From positions 832,001 to 896,000 of the forward strand of contig OY968769.1 of NCBI GenBank assembly GCA_963695345.1: a stretch of 64,000 nt of DNA. Reading direction: 5' to 3'. Source of the stretch: an uncultured Methanomassiliicoccales archaeon (GTDB lineage Archaea; Thermoplasmatota; Thermoplasmata; Methanomassiliicoccales; UBA472). The notes beneath the pieces were generated by a model, which worked only from the letters and a program-made list of their open reading frames with translations, ran no database searches and had not been told where the DNA came from. This document shows, piece by piece, positions 47,931 through 59,478 of the stretch; within the stretch, counting starts at the first letter, position 1, and every line of letters starts with the position of its first letter. A program made the position numbers and the translations under genes.

Positions 47931-49022
47931 CTACGGGAGAACCGGCTTGCAGCGGATAAGCTTGTTGATGCGCCTCTGACCCAGGAGCCGCATGGCCCAC
48001 TCCAGGCGCCACTGGCTTCCGAAACAGGTGTTGGCCAGCCATTTGGTGTGGACCGCCGAGGCAAGAGGTTTGTAAATCTCCTTTCTCCACCGGTCCTCAT
48101 ACGCCTTCAACGGCAGGCCCTTGGTGACCGTGCCGGCTGCCGCCTGTCCCGCTATCCTTCCGCAGATCATGGAGATCGGGATGCCGCCGCCGTTCACCGC
48201 CATGACCTGTCCTGCCGCATCGCCGACCACCAGGGAGTCGCCGATGACCGTCCGTTTGATCGGGCCGGACATCGGAATGAGCTTTCCCATCAGCGGTTCG
48301 TCGCTGGTGAGGTTCTTCAGCTTCATGAACTTGTCAAAGTACTCACCGACCGGCATCTGGGAGAAATGGGTCGCTACTCCGAGCCCGACGTTCGCCCCGA
48401 CCTTCTTCGGCAATATCCAAGCGTATCCACCAGGCGCCACGGTGCCGAAGTACATCTCCGGGATCGGCTCGAAATCAGCCTTCACCTGGAGCGATACCCC
48501 CGGACAAAGATCGGTGGAACGTCCGTATCCCAGGCTCTTTCCCACCAGGGAAAGGGGGCCGTCCGCCCCTATGATGACCTTGGCCTCGATGTCCATCTCT
48601 GGCGTTGAGACGGTCCTCGCGGTCACCTTGGTGCAGGCCAGATCGGTGCGCAGTTCGGCCCCCGCCTTGACCGCTTTCGATGCCAGGAATTGGTCGAAGC
48701 GGTCCCTGTCCGTGGTATAACCGGCGAACGGGACCTCCCAACGGGTCATTCGTGGAGAATATATGCGGATCATCTCGGTGGTAAGGGAACGAAGATCTCC
48801 GGGAATGTCGAAAAGAGAATCCAAGTCATTGGCCTTTGGAAAGATCGTCCTCATCTCCTCCACCGCGGGCATGAACTCGCCGCACCGGACCGGGACACCG
48901 ACCTTGGGCCTTTTCTCCAGAATGAGGACCTGGGCTCCACCGAGAGCCGCGTGCTCGGCGGCCGAGCTTCCTGCTGGACCGGCCCCGACGACCACCACAT
49001 CGACCTTAACAACCTTGGTCAT
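47931..49022 (-). CDS. Geranylgeranyl reductase family flavoprotein (DGGR-like)
   Basis: VVGAGPAGS, PVRCGE, R..FD, GADG, PGGYAWILPK, VGDAAG..GGGI. Confidence 0.92.
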   Translation of the reverse strand: MTKVVKVDVVVVGAGPAGSSAAEHAALGGAQVLILEKRPKVGVPVRCGEFMPAVEEMRTIFPKANDLDSLFDIPGDLRSLTTEMIRIYSPRMTRWEVPFAGYTTDRDRFDQFLASKAVKAGAELRTDLACTKVTARTVSTPEMDIEAKVIIGADGPLSLVGKSLGYGRSTDLCPGVSLQVKADFEPIPEMYFGTVAPGGYAWILPKKVGANVGLGVATHFSQMPVGEYFDKFMKLKNLTSDEPLMGKLIPMSGPIKRTVIGDSLVVGDAAGQVMAVNGGGIPISMICGRIAGQAAAGTVTKGLPLKAYEDRWRKEIYKPLASAVHTKWLANTCFGSQWRLEWAMRLLGQRRINKLIRCKPVLP

Positions 49023-49069
49023 TGGATACGCCTCTTGAACTCAGATGGATGAATAAATTGACAACCTTC

Positions 49070-50035
49070 TCAGGACTTCCGGTCCAGGATGGCTTTCGTG
49101 AGTGCCTTCAAGGCCTCCTTGTACTCGGACGGCCGGAGGATCTCGAGATCGAGCAGCGCTTTGTTCGCGTACTCCTCGGCCAGCTCGGAAGAGGCGTCCA
49201 GAGCCTTGGTCTTCTTTACTAGGGCAATGGCCTCGGCGACCTCTTCCGGATCCTTCCGGTCCTTCCTGAATATCTCCCTGATGCGAACGCCATGGACCTT
49301 GTCATGCATGGCAATGATAAGAGGTAGGGTGGGTTTTCCATCTATGATGTCGATCCCGTGAGGTTTTCCCAGAGAGGCCTCCTCCCCGGTGACATCCAGG
49401 ATGTCATCGACGATCTGGAACGCTATGCCGATGTTCATGCCATAGCTGCCCATCGCCTCCATTACCGCCGGGGTCGCGTCGGCCAGGTAACTTCCCACCC
49501 GGGCACCGGCCTCGAACGGCCTGGCGGTCTTGCCCTCGATGATACTGATGTAAACGTCCTCGTTGGTGTCCTGGTCGTGTTCGTAGTCGCTCTGGAGGAT
49601 CTCCGATTCGGCAATCCCGGTGCAGGCATCGGCGACCAGGCCGATGACCTTCTCGTCAAAGGCCCCGCCCAGCGCGAAGCTCTTCACGAACAGGAAATCT
49701 CCGGCGATGAGCGCTTTCTGAGTTCCGTATTTCTTGTAAGCCGCCTGCCGCCCACGACGCATCTCACCGTGGTCGTTGATGTCATCATGGATGAGCGTGG
49801 CGCTGTGGATGAGCTCGAACGCGGAAGCGACCTTGATCACTTTCTCCGGGTCCGTCCCTCCAGTCGCCTTGAACACGAGGATCGCCACCGCCGGGCGCAT
49901 CCTCTTGCCCCCGGATGTGATGATGTAATTGCTTATCTCGGTGAGCAATGGTTGCTCGGAATGTACACTTTCACGGAGCTGCTCCTCGACCAGCATTAGC
50001 TCTTTTTGAACAGGAGCATCCCAGGTAGAAACCAT
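49070..50035 (-). CDS. All-trans polyprenyl diphosphate synthase, probably long-chain type
   Basis: GGKRMRP, SATLIHDDIND..RRG, GDFL, KTA, FQIVDDILD. Confidence 0.92.
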   Translation of the reverse strand: MVSTWDAPVQKELMLVEEQLRESVHSEQPLLTEISNYIITSGGKRMRPAVAILVFKATGGTDPEKVIKVASAFELIHSATLIHDDINDHGEMRRGRQAAYKKYGTQKALIAGDFLFVKSFALGGAFDEKVIGLVADACTGIAESEILQSDYEHDQDTNEDVYISIIEGKTARPFEAGARVGSYLADATPAVMEAMGSYGMNIGIAFQIVDDILDVTGEEASLGKPHGIDIIDGKPTLPLIIAMHDKVHGVRIREIFRKDRKDPEEVAEAIALVKKTKALDASSELAEEYANKALLDLEILRPSEYKEALKALTKAILDRKS

Positions 50036-50194
50036 CGAGCCTCGATAATGTCCAATCTATACTTAAGATTACTGGCATTAAAAAAATGTCTAAAATTGAG
50101 AGCCACAGAGGCCAAAAAAACCGTTAGGCCGACGGCGTATTGGAGCGCTCGCTGGGCCATGAAAAATGAAAAAGGGAATTGGTTTGTTGGGGTT

Positions 50195-51668
50195 TCAAGC
50201 TCCGGCGAAGAACGCGGCGGCCGCGTTCTGTGCTGCCTGATAGAACGGACCCGGCCAAACTCCGATCAGGATCACCATGAATACGCAGATGGCGACCGCG
50301 GCGACCATCGAGATCGGCAGTTTCAGCTTCTCCGTCGGTGCCCCTTCCTCGGCCTCGTCCACATACATGTACTTCACGACGCGTACGTAATAGTACAGGG
50401 AGATGGCAGAGTTGATTATGGCGGCGACTGCCAGCCAGATCATCCAACCATTTCCCGGGATCGTCGACGCGTCGATCGGGGATGAGAACAGGACGAACTT
50501 CGAGAAGAAACCTGCCAGTGGAGGTATTCCCGCCAGGGAGAACAACAACACCGTCATCCCGAAAGCCATGAACGGAGCCCGCTTGGCCAGTCCCTTGTAG
50601 TTGCTGATGGATTCGCCGACCGCCACCGTTGCCAACGTGGCCACGATCAGGAACGCCCCGCCCTTCATGAACGCGTGCGTCATGATCTGCATGATACCAG
50701 CGGACAAGGCGAAGTGCAGTGGCGACCGGCATAGCGATATCAGGATGTACCCTGCCTGGGCGATCGATGAGTAGGCCAGCATCCTCTTGATGTTGGTCTG
50801 GCTTATTGCCGCCAGATTGCCGACCGTCATGGTCACGATGGCGATGATCCCGATGAGCACGTCCCAGTTCGACTTTATCGCGAAGAGGCCGATCAGCAGC
50901 ACCTTGAACAGAGGCCATGAAACCCATCTTCTTGCTGCCGCCGGCCAGCATCGCGGTCACGGTGGTTGGGCGCTCCCTCATAGACGTCCGGGGCCCACAT
51001 GTGGAACGGGACGATGGCCACTTTGAATCCGAAGCCGGCGACGATCATTATGAGCGCCAGGAATATCACCGGTTGCATCGGCGAGTTCATGGTCACTGCG
51101 TCTGCGATGCCCGCGAAGTTGGTCGTGTCGGTGACCCCGTACAGCAAGGATATGCCGAACAGGGCGAGGCCGGAGGACAATCCACCGATGATGAAGTACT
51201 TGACCGCCGCCTCCGCTCCCTGGGCGTCCCTCTTCCTGAAGGCCACCAGGGCGTAGGAGGATATGCTGGTCAGTTCGATACCGACGAACAGCGCGACCAG
51301 GTCGTTCGAGCAGGCCACGACCATCATGCCGATGGTGGCCAGCAGTATCAGCGAGTAGAACTCCGGCTGGTGCTTGTCCTCCTCGATGAAGCGGGCCGAC
51401 GCCAGTATGACGTAGAAGGCCACTGCCAGGAAGATCATCATGAACAGCGCGGAGAACTGGTCCAGCCTGAGTATGCCGCCCTCCAGTCCAACCGCGGTGC
51501 TGTTGTTGTAGACGAACATGAAGACATCTGCGAATGCCAGTCCAACTCCTACCAGGGAGAATGCCGCACAGATCTTGCTGCTGTTCTTGGACAGCAGTCG
51601 ACCGCCGGCACCAGTATGGCGAACAGCGCCACTATGATCTCAGGACGAATTGCTTGGATATCGATCAT
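50195..51668 (-). CDS. fpoN: Fpo/Nuo subunit N; frameshifts
   Basis: EAAVKYF, GFKVAIVPFHMWAPDVYEGAP, KRMLAYSSIAQAGY, SLAGIPPLAGF. Confidence 0.92.
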
Positions 51669-53172
51669 CTTAATCGCCTCCCAATAAGACCGGTCAAGAC
51701 CTGACGGACGGCGTGATATAGTCCATTATCAGCGCCGGAAAGATACCGAACAGAACGATCAGCCCGGTCAGGACCGCCAGTGGCGCGGTCTCGAACCAGT
51801 ACAAGTCGTGGACATGCTCCAGTGTCGATCTCCTTGGTCAGCGGACCGAACAGCGTCCTCTGCATCGCCCATATGTAGTAGGCAGCGGTGATCGCCACGC
51901 TTATTATGGGTATGAGGAGCCAGCCGAACGAGTCGAAGGTCGCCGCGAACACGCAGAACTCGGCCAGGAAGCCGACCATTCCAGGTAGCCCGAGAGAGGC
52001 CATGAAGCCGATCATCATGAACGTGGCAGCATGGGCATCTTGGCCGCCAGACCGCCCAGCCGGGGCATGTTCCTGGTACCCACCTTGTGCTGGATCATGC
52101 CGCACATCATGAAGAGGACGGCCGTGATCAGGCCGTGGGCGAACATCTGGAACACGGCGGCCGCGATACCCAGCTCGGTCATAGGTGGCGATACCGAGCA
52201 TGACGATGCCCATGTGGCTGATGGACGAGTAGGCGACCATCTTCTTCAGGTCCTTCTGCGCCAGGCAGGTGATCGCCCCATACATGATCGAGACTATGGC
52301 GATTATGACCATGACCATCTGGTATTGGTCTGCGCCATACGGCGAAGGTGGGCAGGCAGACCCTGATGATACCGTAGGAACCCATCTTCAGCAGCAGACC
52401 GGCCAGCAGGACCGACCCTGCGGTCGGGGCCTGCGACGTGCGCGTCCGGAAGCCAAGTGTGGAACGGGACCATCGGCATCTTGACGATGAACCCGAAGAA
52501 CAGCGCCCCGAACACCACGAGCTGGAACATCTGACCGAAGCTACCCGACACCGAGGCGATCGCCTCCATGTCGAAGTTCTGTGAGCCCAGCAGGGCGCGG
52601 ACGCCTCGAAGTACAGGGCGAGGATTCCCAGCAGCATCACCAACGATGCGATGTGGGTGTAGATGAAGAACTTGATCGAGGCGTACGCCCGCCTTGGACC
52701 TCCCCATACCGCTATGAGGAAGTACATCGGGATCAGCACGACCTCCCAGAAGACGTAGAACAGGAAGTAGTCCAGGGACATGAACACGCCCAGGACACCG
52801 ACCTCCAGTACGAGCATCAGGCCCATGTACTGGTTGGTCCGCTCTTCCACGTCCCAGGAGAACAGGATGGCCAGGAAGACCAGCAGGGTGGTCAGGAAGA
52901 CCATGGGGATGCTGATGCCGTCGACCCCCACGTTGTAGGATATGCCCAGCGTCTCGATCCAGGTGAAGTTCTCGACGAACTGGAACGTACCGACGGTCAG
53001 GCTGAAATCGAGCCAACAGGACCACCGATATGACCAGCGGTATCGCCGAGAAGACCAGTGCGATGATACTTGGCGATGCCTTGGGTTCTTTCCCAGCATG
53101 AAGGCGATCATTGCTCCGATCAGCGGGACGAGTATACAGCAGGGATAAGATGGGTACGTTCTGCAACAGCAT
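51665..53172 (-). CDS. fpoM: Fpo/Nuo subunit M; frameshifts
   Basis: GVDGIS, FYVFWE..LIPMY, KMPMVPFHTWLPDAH, LLKMGSYG, AYSSISHMG. Confidence 0.92.
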
Positions 53173-53173
53173 T

Positions 53174-55248
53174 TCAGATCAGACCTCCGAGGACATACGA
53201 GCAGACAGCAGCACGATCAGTGCCACGATCCCACCGATGATGATGGCGCGTAGCTCTGTACCAGTCCGGTCTGCATCTTCCTCAGGACGCTTTCCGCCGC
53301 CTACCAGGCCGCGGCTGATGACGTTAACGATGCCATCGATGACCTTGCGGTCGAACCAGTCGCAGCACGAGGGAGAATCCGTACACGACCTTCTCGCCGA
53401 TCTAGTCGTAGCCCTCGGTGAAGCCGTACCGCTCGAGCAGCATGTTGTAGAGCGGTCTTACGCGCCGGGCTGTGGCACGATCGCGTCTGGGCTGATCGAC
53501 CTTCTTCTTGTAGAAGGTGAAGTACGCCAGGCCGATTCCGCCTACGGCCACGAATACCGAGAGGTAGGTCAGCCAGTCGCCAAGTACCGTTGCCCAGGTC
53601 GAAGGCCTCGGCGATCTCGAAGTAGATCGATGCCGCTGAGATCCTTGTCCCATGAACAGGCGACCAGCCCGGAGCCGATCGCCAGGATCGCCAGGATGAC
53701 CAGCGGGCCGAGCATGACCCAGGGTGCCTCATGGTGCTCGTGGACTTCGGCATGGTGACCGTGCTCGTCCGCGTGAGCGCCCACATGCTCTCCCTTGGTG
53801 TGGGTGGCGTGCTTGGTGGCCTCTCCCTCTTCCCCGCGAAGGTCATGAACCACATGCGGAACATGTAGAACGCGGTCATGAAGGCGGTCAGTGACGCCCA
53901 TGAGCCACAAGCAGCATGGAACACCGAGTGGTCAGCTCCCGCCTCGAAGACCACTGGCCAGGATCTCGTCCTTGGACCAGAACCCGCTCAGTATGGCGGA
54001 ATGCCGGCTATGGACATACGAACCGATGAGCATCACGATGGAGGTGACCTTCATGTGCTTCCTCAGCCCGCCCATGAGCCTCAGTGTCCTCAGTGTGGAC
54101 GAAGTGGATGACGGCGCCGGCGCAAAGGAAGAGCAGTGCCTTGAAGAAGGCATGGTTCATCAGGTGGAACAATCCAGCCGCGAATGCGATGCTGCCGGCC
54201 GCCATCAAGGCTTCGTTTCCGTGCTCGAGCCCGATACCGAACAGGTATGCGCCGGTACCGAGTGACAGGAACATGTAGCCCAATTGGCTGATGGTGGAAT
54301 AGGCGAGCACGCGCTTGATCAGCGGCGAGTTGAGCGCCATGGTGGCCGCCATCAATGCGGTCATACCTCCGATGATGGCGATGAACAGGCCGACGTCCGG
54401 GCACGAAGATCAACAGCGGGAACATCCTCGCCACGAGGTACACACCGGCCTTGACCATGGTCGCCGCGTGGATAAGTGCCGACACCGTGGTCGGGCCTTC
54501 CATGGCGTCCGGTAGCCAGTCATGCAGCGGGAACTGAGCGGACTTTCCGATCGCGCCTCCGAACATGAAGAACAGGCCCAGCGCCAGCATTCCCTGGTCC
54601 ACGCCCTCGTATCACCAGTCGGATCGAACAGCGTGTGGAAGTTCAGGGTCTTGAAGGTCGGTCGAACAGCATGAACAGGCCGATCATGAACATGACGTCT
54701 CCGACCCTGGTGACCAGGAACGCCTTCTTGGCGGCCGAGGCCGCCGACGGCCTCTCGAACCAGAAGCCGATCAGCAGGTAGGAACAGAGACCGACCAGTT
54801 CCCAGAATATGAACATCTGCAGGAAGTTGTTCGCCAGCACCAGACCGAGCATGACGCCCACGAACAGGCATATCTCGGTGAAGTAGCGGCGTCTCCTCTC
54901 GCCCTGGTCATGCATGTAGCCGACGGAGTAGATGACGACCAGGGTGGAGACGAATGATACCACGATGAGCATCAGCGCGGTCACGGTATCGATGTATATG
55001 CCTAGCTCCAGATTGTAACCGCCGACCGTTACCCAGGCCATGCTCTGTTCGAAGTAATGCTCCGCGCCTTCGAAACCGACGGTCAGCACCTCATAGGCGA
55101 CCAGCAGCGAAAGCACCATCGCGCCCCCGACACCGGCCAGCGCGACCATTCCACCCTTGTCCTTCATCTTGCCGCCGAGGAACCCGACGATCAGGAAAGC
55201 GACGAGCGGCAGCAATGGGATTATCCAGGCAAGTTCGTAGATCTGCAT
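53174..55248 (-). CDS. fpoL: Fpo/Nuo subunit L with His-rich loop; many frameshifts; 3' end approximate
   Basis: [62 protein letters not shown]. Confidence 0.92.
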
Positions 55249-55250
55249 TC

Positions 55251-55553
55251 TTACCACCTCATGGTGTTGAGGTCATCAACATGGACCGTGTCCTTCAACC
55301 TGTTCAGGTTCAGCAGTATTGCCAGACCCACAGCGACCTCGGCCGCGGCGATGCCGATGGAGAACAGCGCGAACACATACCCGGTCGGGGAATTGTTGTA
55401 TGCCGCGAACGCCACGAAGTTGATGTTGGCGGCGTTCAGCATCAGCTCTATGGACATCAGCACGATGATGGCGTTCTTCTTCGTGAGCACGCCCACGATT
55501 CCGATGACGAACAGGACCGACGAAAGTATCAGGAAATATTCCAGGGGGATCAT
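55251..55553 (-). CDS. fpoK: Fpo/Nuo subunit K
   Basis: SIELMLNAAN, AAAEVAVGLA. Confidence 0.95.
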   Translation of the reverse strand: MIPLEYFLILSSVLFVIGIVGVLTKKNAIIVLMSIELMLNAANINFVAFAAYNNSPTGYVFALFSIGIAAAEVAVGLAILLNLNRLKDTVHVDDLNTMRW

Positions 55554-55795
55554 TGCTCTTCCTCCTGCGCAATGAAGACACCGGCAATTATGGTGGCGAA
55601 GAGCAACAGCCCCAGCACGACGACGATCGAGCCGTATGTACCGAACAGGATTGTTCCGAATTGTTCTGAGGTGAACTGGGCTAAGGGGCCGCTCGGCCAG
55701 GTGACCGTCAGTATGGACACGACGATGAAGGCCAGGAGGGCAGCGCCCAGGATGGTCTTGCCGATCGCGTTGCCTAGACCGGTGGACTTACTCAC
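55550..55795 (-). CDS. fpoJ: Fpo/Nuo subunit J, C-terminal part (J2)
   Basis: G..LFGTY..V..LLLFA.IIAG pattern; separate gene as in archaeal Fpo-like operons. Confidence 0.8.
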   Translation of the reverse strand: MSKSTGLGNAIGKTILGAALLAFIVVSILTVTWPSGPLAQFTSEQFGTILFGTYGSIVVVLGLLLFATIIAGVFIAQEEEQ

Positions 55796-56054
55796 AGGTA
55801 CCACCTCCGGTGAGGCGTCTCTTGGTCAGCATGACCCCGAACAGGATCAGCACGTTGATCGCCCCCACGTATACCAGGACCTGGATGAGGCCCAGGAACT
55901 CGGCGTTCAGGAATATGAAGGTGATACCAACTCCGATAAAGCAGAACGTCAGGTAGAACACGGCCCGGATGATCTCCTTCGTAATCAGGACGGAGATCGC
56001 GGCGCCGACGGTGATACCTGCGATGACTAGGAACATCAGCTCAGACAGATCCAT
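55788..56054 (-). CDS. fpoJ: Fpo/Nuo subunit J, N-terminal part (J1)
   Basis: LNAEFLGLIQVLVYVGAINVLILFGVML. Confidence 0.9.
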   Translation of the reverse strand: MDLSELMFLVIAGITVGAAISVLITKEIIRAVFYLTFCFIGVGITFIFLNAEFLGLIQVLVYVGAINVLILFGVMLTKRRLTGGGTCE

Positions 56055-56800
56055 TACAGCGCCTCCTTCATGGTCAGGCAGTCCTTTGGACAGACATCTA
56101 CGCACATCTCGCAGGACACGCACTTGGAATCGTCGAAGACCGGCCTCTTGATCGGTTTCTTGGTCTTCTCGTTGATCTCGCCGGTCTCGGTCATCTTGAC
56201 CGCTCCGGTGGGACAGGCCTTCTCGCAGCGGCTGCAGGAGATGCACTTCTTGGCCTCCAGACAGACCGTGTCCTTCAGCTCCATCGACCCTTTCTTGGCG
56301 GGAGCGCCCTGTCTGTTCGAGGGCAGCAGTTCCTCGTAGTTGATCTCGTAACCAGCCTTCCAGGCGTGCTGCAGCTTGATCGGGTCGTATACCAGGTCAT
56401 CACGGGTATACGAGGCGAGCTCGAACTCCGGGGTGACGATCATCGCGTTGGTCGGACATACCTCTGCGCAATTGCCGCACATCATGCACCTTCCGACATT
56501 GACCTCGGGGCGCTTGACCTTGCCCAGCGTCTCATGCTCGATCTGCACCATCTTGATGCAAGTGGTGGGGCATGCCTTGACGCATTTCTGGCAGGCGATG
56601 CACTTGTCCAGGATGATACCGGGGCGTCCCCGGAAGCAATCCGGGATGATGCTCTTCTCCCAGGGGTACATGATCGTGCGCGGCCTGTGACCGGGAAGAG
56701 ATACCCGGACCATCGTCCTGAGGGTGACCCATAGCGGCTTGAGCATGTAACCGGTGGCTCTCAGCTTCTTGTCTCTCGGATTGTTGCTGGTTGCGTTCAT
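56054..56800 (-). CDS. fpoI: Fpo/Nuo subunit I with an additional C-terminal 2x[4Fe-4S] domain
   Basis: TIMYPWE..FRG; four CxxCxxCxxxCP motifs. Confidence 0.92.
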   Translation of the reverse strand: MNATSNNPRDKKLRATGYMLKPLWVTLRTMVRVSLPGHRPRTIMYPWEKSIIPDCFRGRPGIILDKCIACQKCVKACPTTCIKMVQIEHETLGKVKRPEVNVGRCMMCGNCAEVCPTNAMIVTPEFELASYTRDDLVYDPIKLQHAWKAGYEINYEELLPSNRQGAPAKKGSMELKDTVCLEAKKCISCSRCEKACPTGAVKMTETGEINEKTKKPIKRPVFDDSKCVSCEMCVDVCPKDCLTMKEAL

Positions 56801-56801
56801 C

Positions 56802-57900
56802 TCAGAACCACCCCATAGCCTTCATGACAACGGCGATGCCCAGGTTGACGATGGACAGCGGGAGCAGCCTCTTCCATCCGATCTTCAGGAGCTGGTCGGT
56901 CCTGATACGGACCGTGGCTGACCTTACCCATATCATGATGAAGAAGACCAAGAACACCTTGGCCAGGAACCAGACCTCGGGCCAGAGGAACGTGGGACCG
57001 TCCCATCCGCCCAGGAAGAGCACTAGCGACGAGCGCGCTGACGACATACGCCCTCAGGTAGTCGGCCATCATGATCAGGCCCCACTGTATGCCTCCGTAT
57101 TCGGTCTGCCAGCCTTCGACGAGTTCCGCCTCGGCCTCGGGCAGGTCGAACGGGACCCTTTCGGACTCGGCGATGCCGCAAACGAAGAAGGTGATGAAAC
57201 CGATGAACAACGGGAACATCAGCCACATGTGCGCTTGCTGGAAGGCGACGATGACATTGAAGTTCAGGCTTCCGGTCATGATGATGATCGAAAGCACGAC
57301 CATCAGGATCGGGATCTCATAGGCGATCAGCTGCGCCGCGCCTCTCATCGCCGCCGATCATGGTGTACTTGTTGTTGGAGGCCCACCCTGCCGATCAGGA
57401 TGAAGAACGGAGCCGAGCGAGAACACTGCGAGACCGATCAGAAGCGCCAGTTCGGGGTTGGCGACGAAGAAACGGGTGCTCCACGGCACCAGTCCCGAGG
57501 AGCAATACGGACGATGCCGATGAATCCGGTGACGGACCACATGAACAGCTTCTTGTCCGCGTCCCGCGGGATGATCAGTCTCCTTCAGCAGGGTCTTGAT
57601 CGCGTCGGCGAAGTTCTGGAAGAGACCGAGCATACCGACCTGCGTTCCCCGCCTGTCCATTATCCTTCCCAGGATCTTCCTTTCCTGCCAGATGCAGGTG
57701 ATGCCCACCAGGAGGGCGGCCACCATGAATATGGCACAGGTCAGAAGGATGGTCAGGAAATTGACCGGTCCTCCGGTCACCGCCCAGTCACCGATGAACT
57801 GGATCTCCTGGATTCCGGTGAGCCGGATAAACCATTGGACGACCTCGCCTATCCAAAACGCAAGGCCGTGCAGAAGACTGAAGAGCGTAGTTTCGACCAT
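56802..57900 (-). CDS. fpoH: Fpo/Nuo subunit H; frameshifts
   Basis: ERKILGRIMDRRG, ADAIK, AQLIAYE, RVPFDLPEAEAELVEG..TEY, RIRTDQ. Confidence 0.93.
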
Positions 57901-57904
57901 GGTA

Positions 57905-58992
57905 TCACCTGTCTGTCTCACCGAGGCACATGTCGGCCATGCCCATGATGGCGGGGATATCCGCCACCTTGCCCCCGACCAATGCTGCTGGCATTCCAGA
58001 TACTGTCACGAATATCGGAGATCGGACCTTCAACCGGTACGGTTTGTCGGATCCCGTCGCTTATCAGTACATCAGACCCTCGCCCCGGGGGTCCTCGACA
58101 TGGGCGAATGTCCGCCCGGCCGGTACCGCCTTAGGCGACTTGACCCGCACTGGGCCCTGCTTCATCTTCTGGAAGCATTGACGGATGATGTTGCACGATT
58201 CGTACATCTCATCCATGCGGACCCGGTACCGAGCGTACGAATCGCAGCCTGGATGTGTGCAGACGTCGGAAGTCGATCTCGCTGTACTTCTCGTAGGGAT
58301 CGTCCCTGCGAAGGTCGAAGTCGACGTTGCTGCCCCTCATGATCGGACCGGTTACGCCCAGGTTCATGGCCTCGGGACCGGACAGTTTGCCGACGCCCTG
58401 CGTTCTCATGCAGGAAGGCGGTGCATTCGTCGAACAGGGCCTCGTAACTCCCTGAGCCTCTTCTCGAAGAGGTTGAGAACGCGCAGGGTGTCCCTCTCCC
58501 AGTTGGGGGTGAGGTCGTTCCTGACCCCTCCGATCCTCGGATAGTTGTAGGTCATCCTGGCACCGCTCAGGTCCATCATGAGGTCCATGAACAGTCTCCC
58601 TCTCCCTCATCGGAAGAAGGAACATGGTGTATGAACCGAGATCCGTACCTATGGCCGCCAGCCACATCAGGTGAGAGGCGATCCTCTGTATCTCGAGCGT
58701 CATGAGTCCTTATCCAGCTGGCCCGTTCCGGCACCTCGAGCTCCAGAAGGTCCTCCACGGTCATGCAATACAGGTGAGACCAGGAAAGCGACGACGCGTA
58801 GCATAGCCGGTCAGCCAGCGGGACTATCTGATGGTAATCGCGGTTCTCCATCATCTTTTCCCACCCGCGGTGCAGATAACCGATGATCGGTTCGGCATCG
58901 GTGATGATCTCACCGTTGATCTTGACCCTTAGGCTCCACAGACCATGCGTCATGGGGTGCTGCGGACCCATGTTGACCCACATTTCCGACAT
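57905..58992 (-). CDS. fpoD: Fpo/Nuo subunit D; frameshifts
   Basis: [32 protein letters not shown]-terminal DMCLGETDR. Confidence 0.93.
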
Positions 58993-59469
58993 TAAATCCG
59001 CCTCCCCACTTCGTAGTCCTTCCTCAGCGGGAAGAACTGGTAGTCCTGTGGCAACAGGATCCGTTCCAGCTTCGGATGTCCAATGAAAACTGATCCCGTA
59101 CATGTCATAGGCCTCCCGCTCGTGCCAGTTCGCCCCGCCATACAGCGGCGCGATGGAGTCCACCTCGGGGGTTTCTCTGGGTACATCGACCGTAATCTGG
59201 ATCACCATCTTGTTGGCATAGGACGAGATATGGTAGACGACCTGAAAGAAGGTCTTCATGTCTACGCCTGAAACGCAGGAGCACTGCTCGAACTCGTATC
59301 CTTCCTTGAGAGTCTTGCACATCTCCAGGATCACCGAACGGTCGGTGTTGAGCGTTATCCTGCGCGGTTTGATCTTAACTTCCTTGACCTTGTCCTGGAA
59401 CTTCTCGGTCAAGGCATTGACGACCTGCTCCTCAGTGAAAGATTTGGCTTTGGGACTCGTCTCGGTCAT
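58992..59469 (-). CDS. fpoC: Fpo/Nuo subunit C; frameshift near 59085
   Basis: GVD, ANWHEREAYDMYG, GHPKLERILLP..PLRKDY. Confidence 0.9.
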
Positions 59470-59478
59470 TTTCCCACC

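Noticed and set aside
58576-59469. Apparent FpoC-FpoD fusion ORF
   Set aside because: The true FpoC end (PLRKDY..RRI*) lies in another frame and overlaps the FpoD ATG (TAATG); artefact of an indel near 59085.
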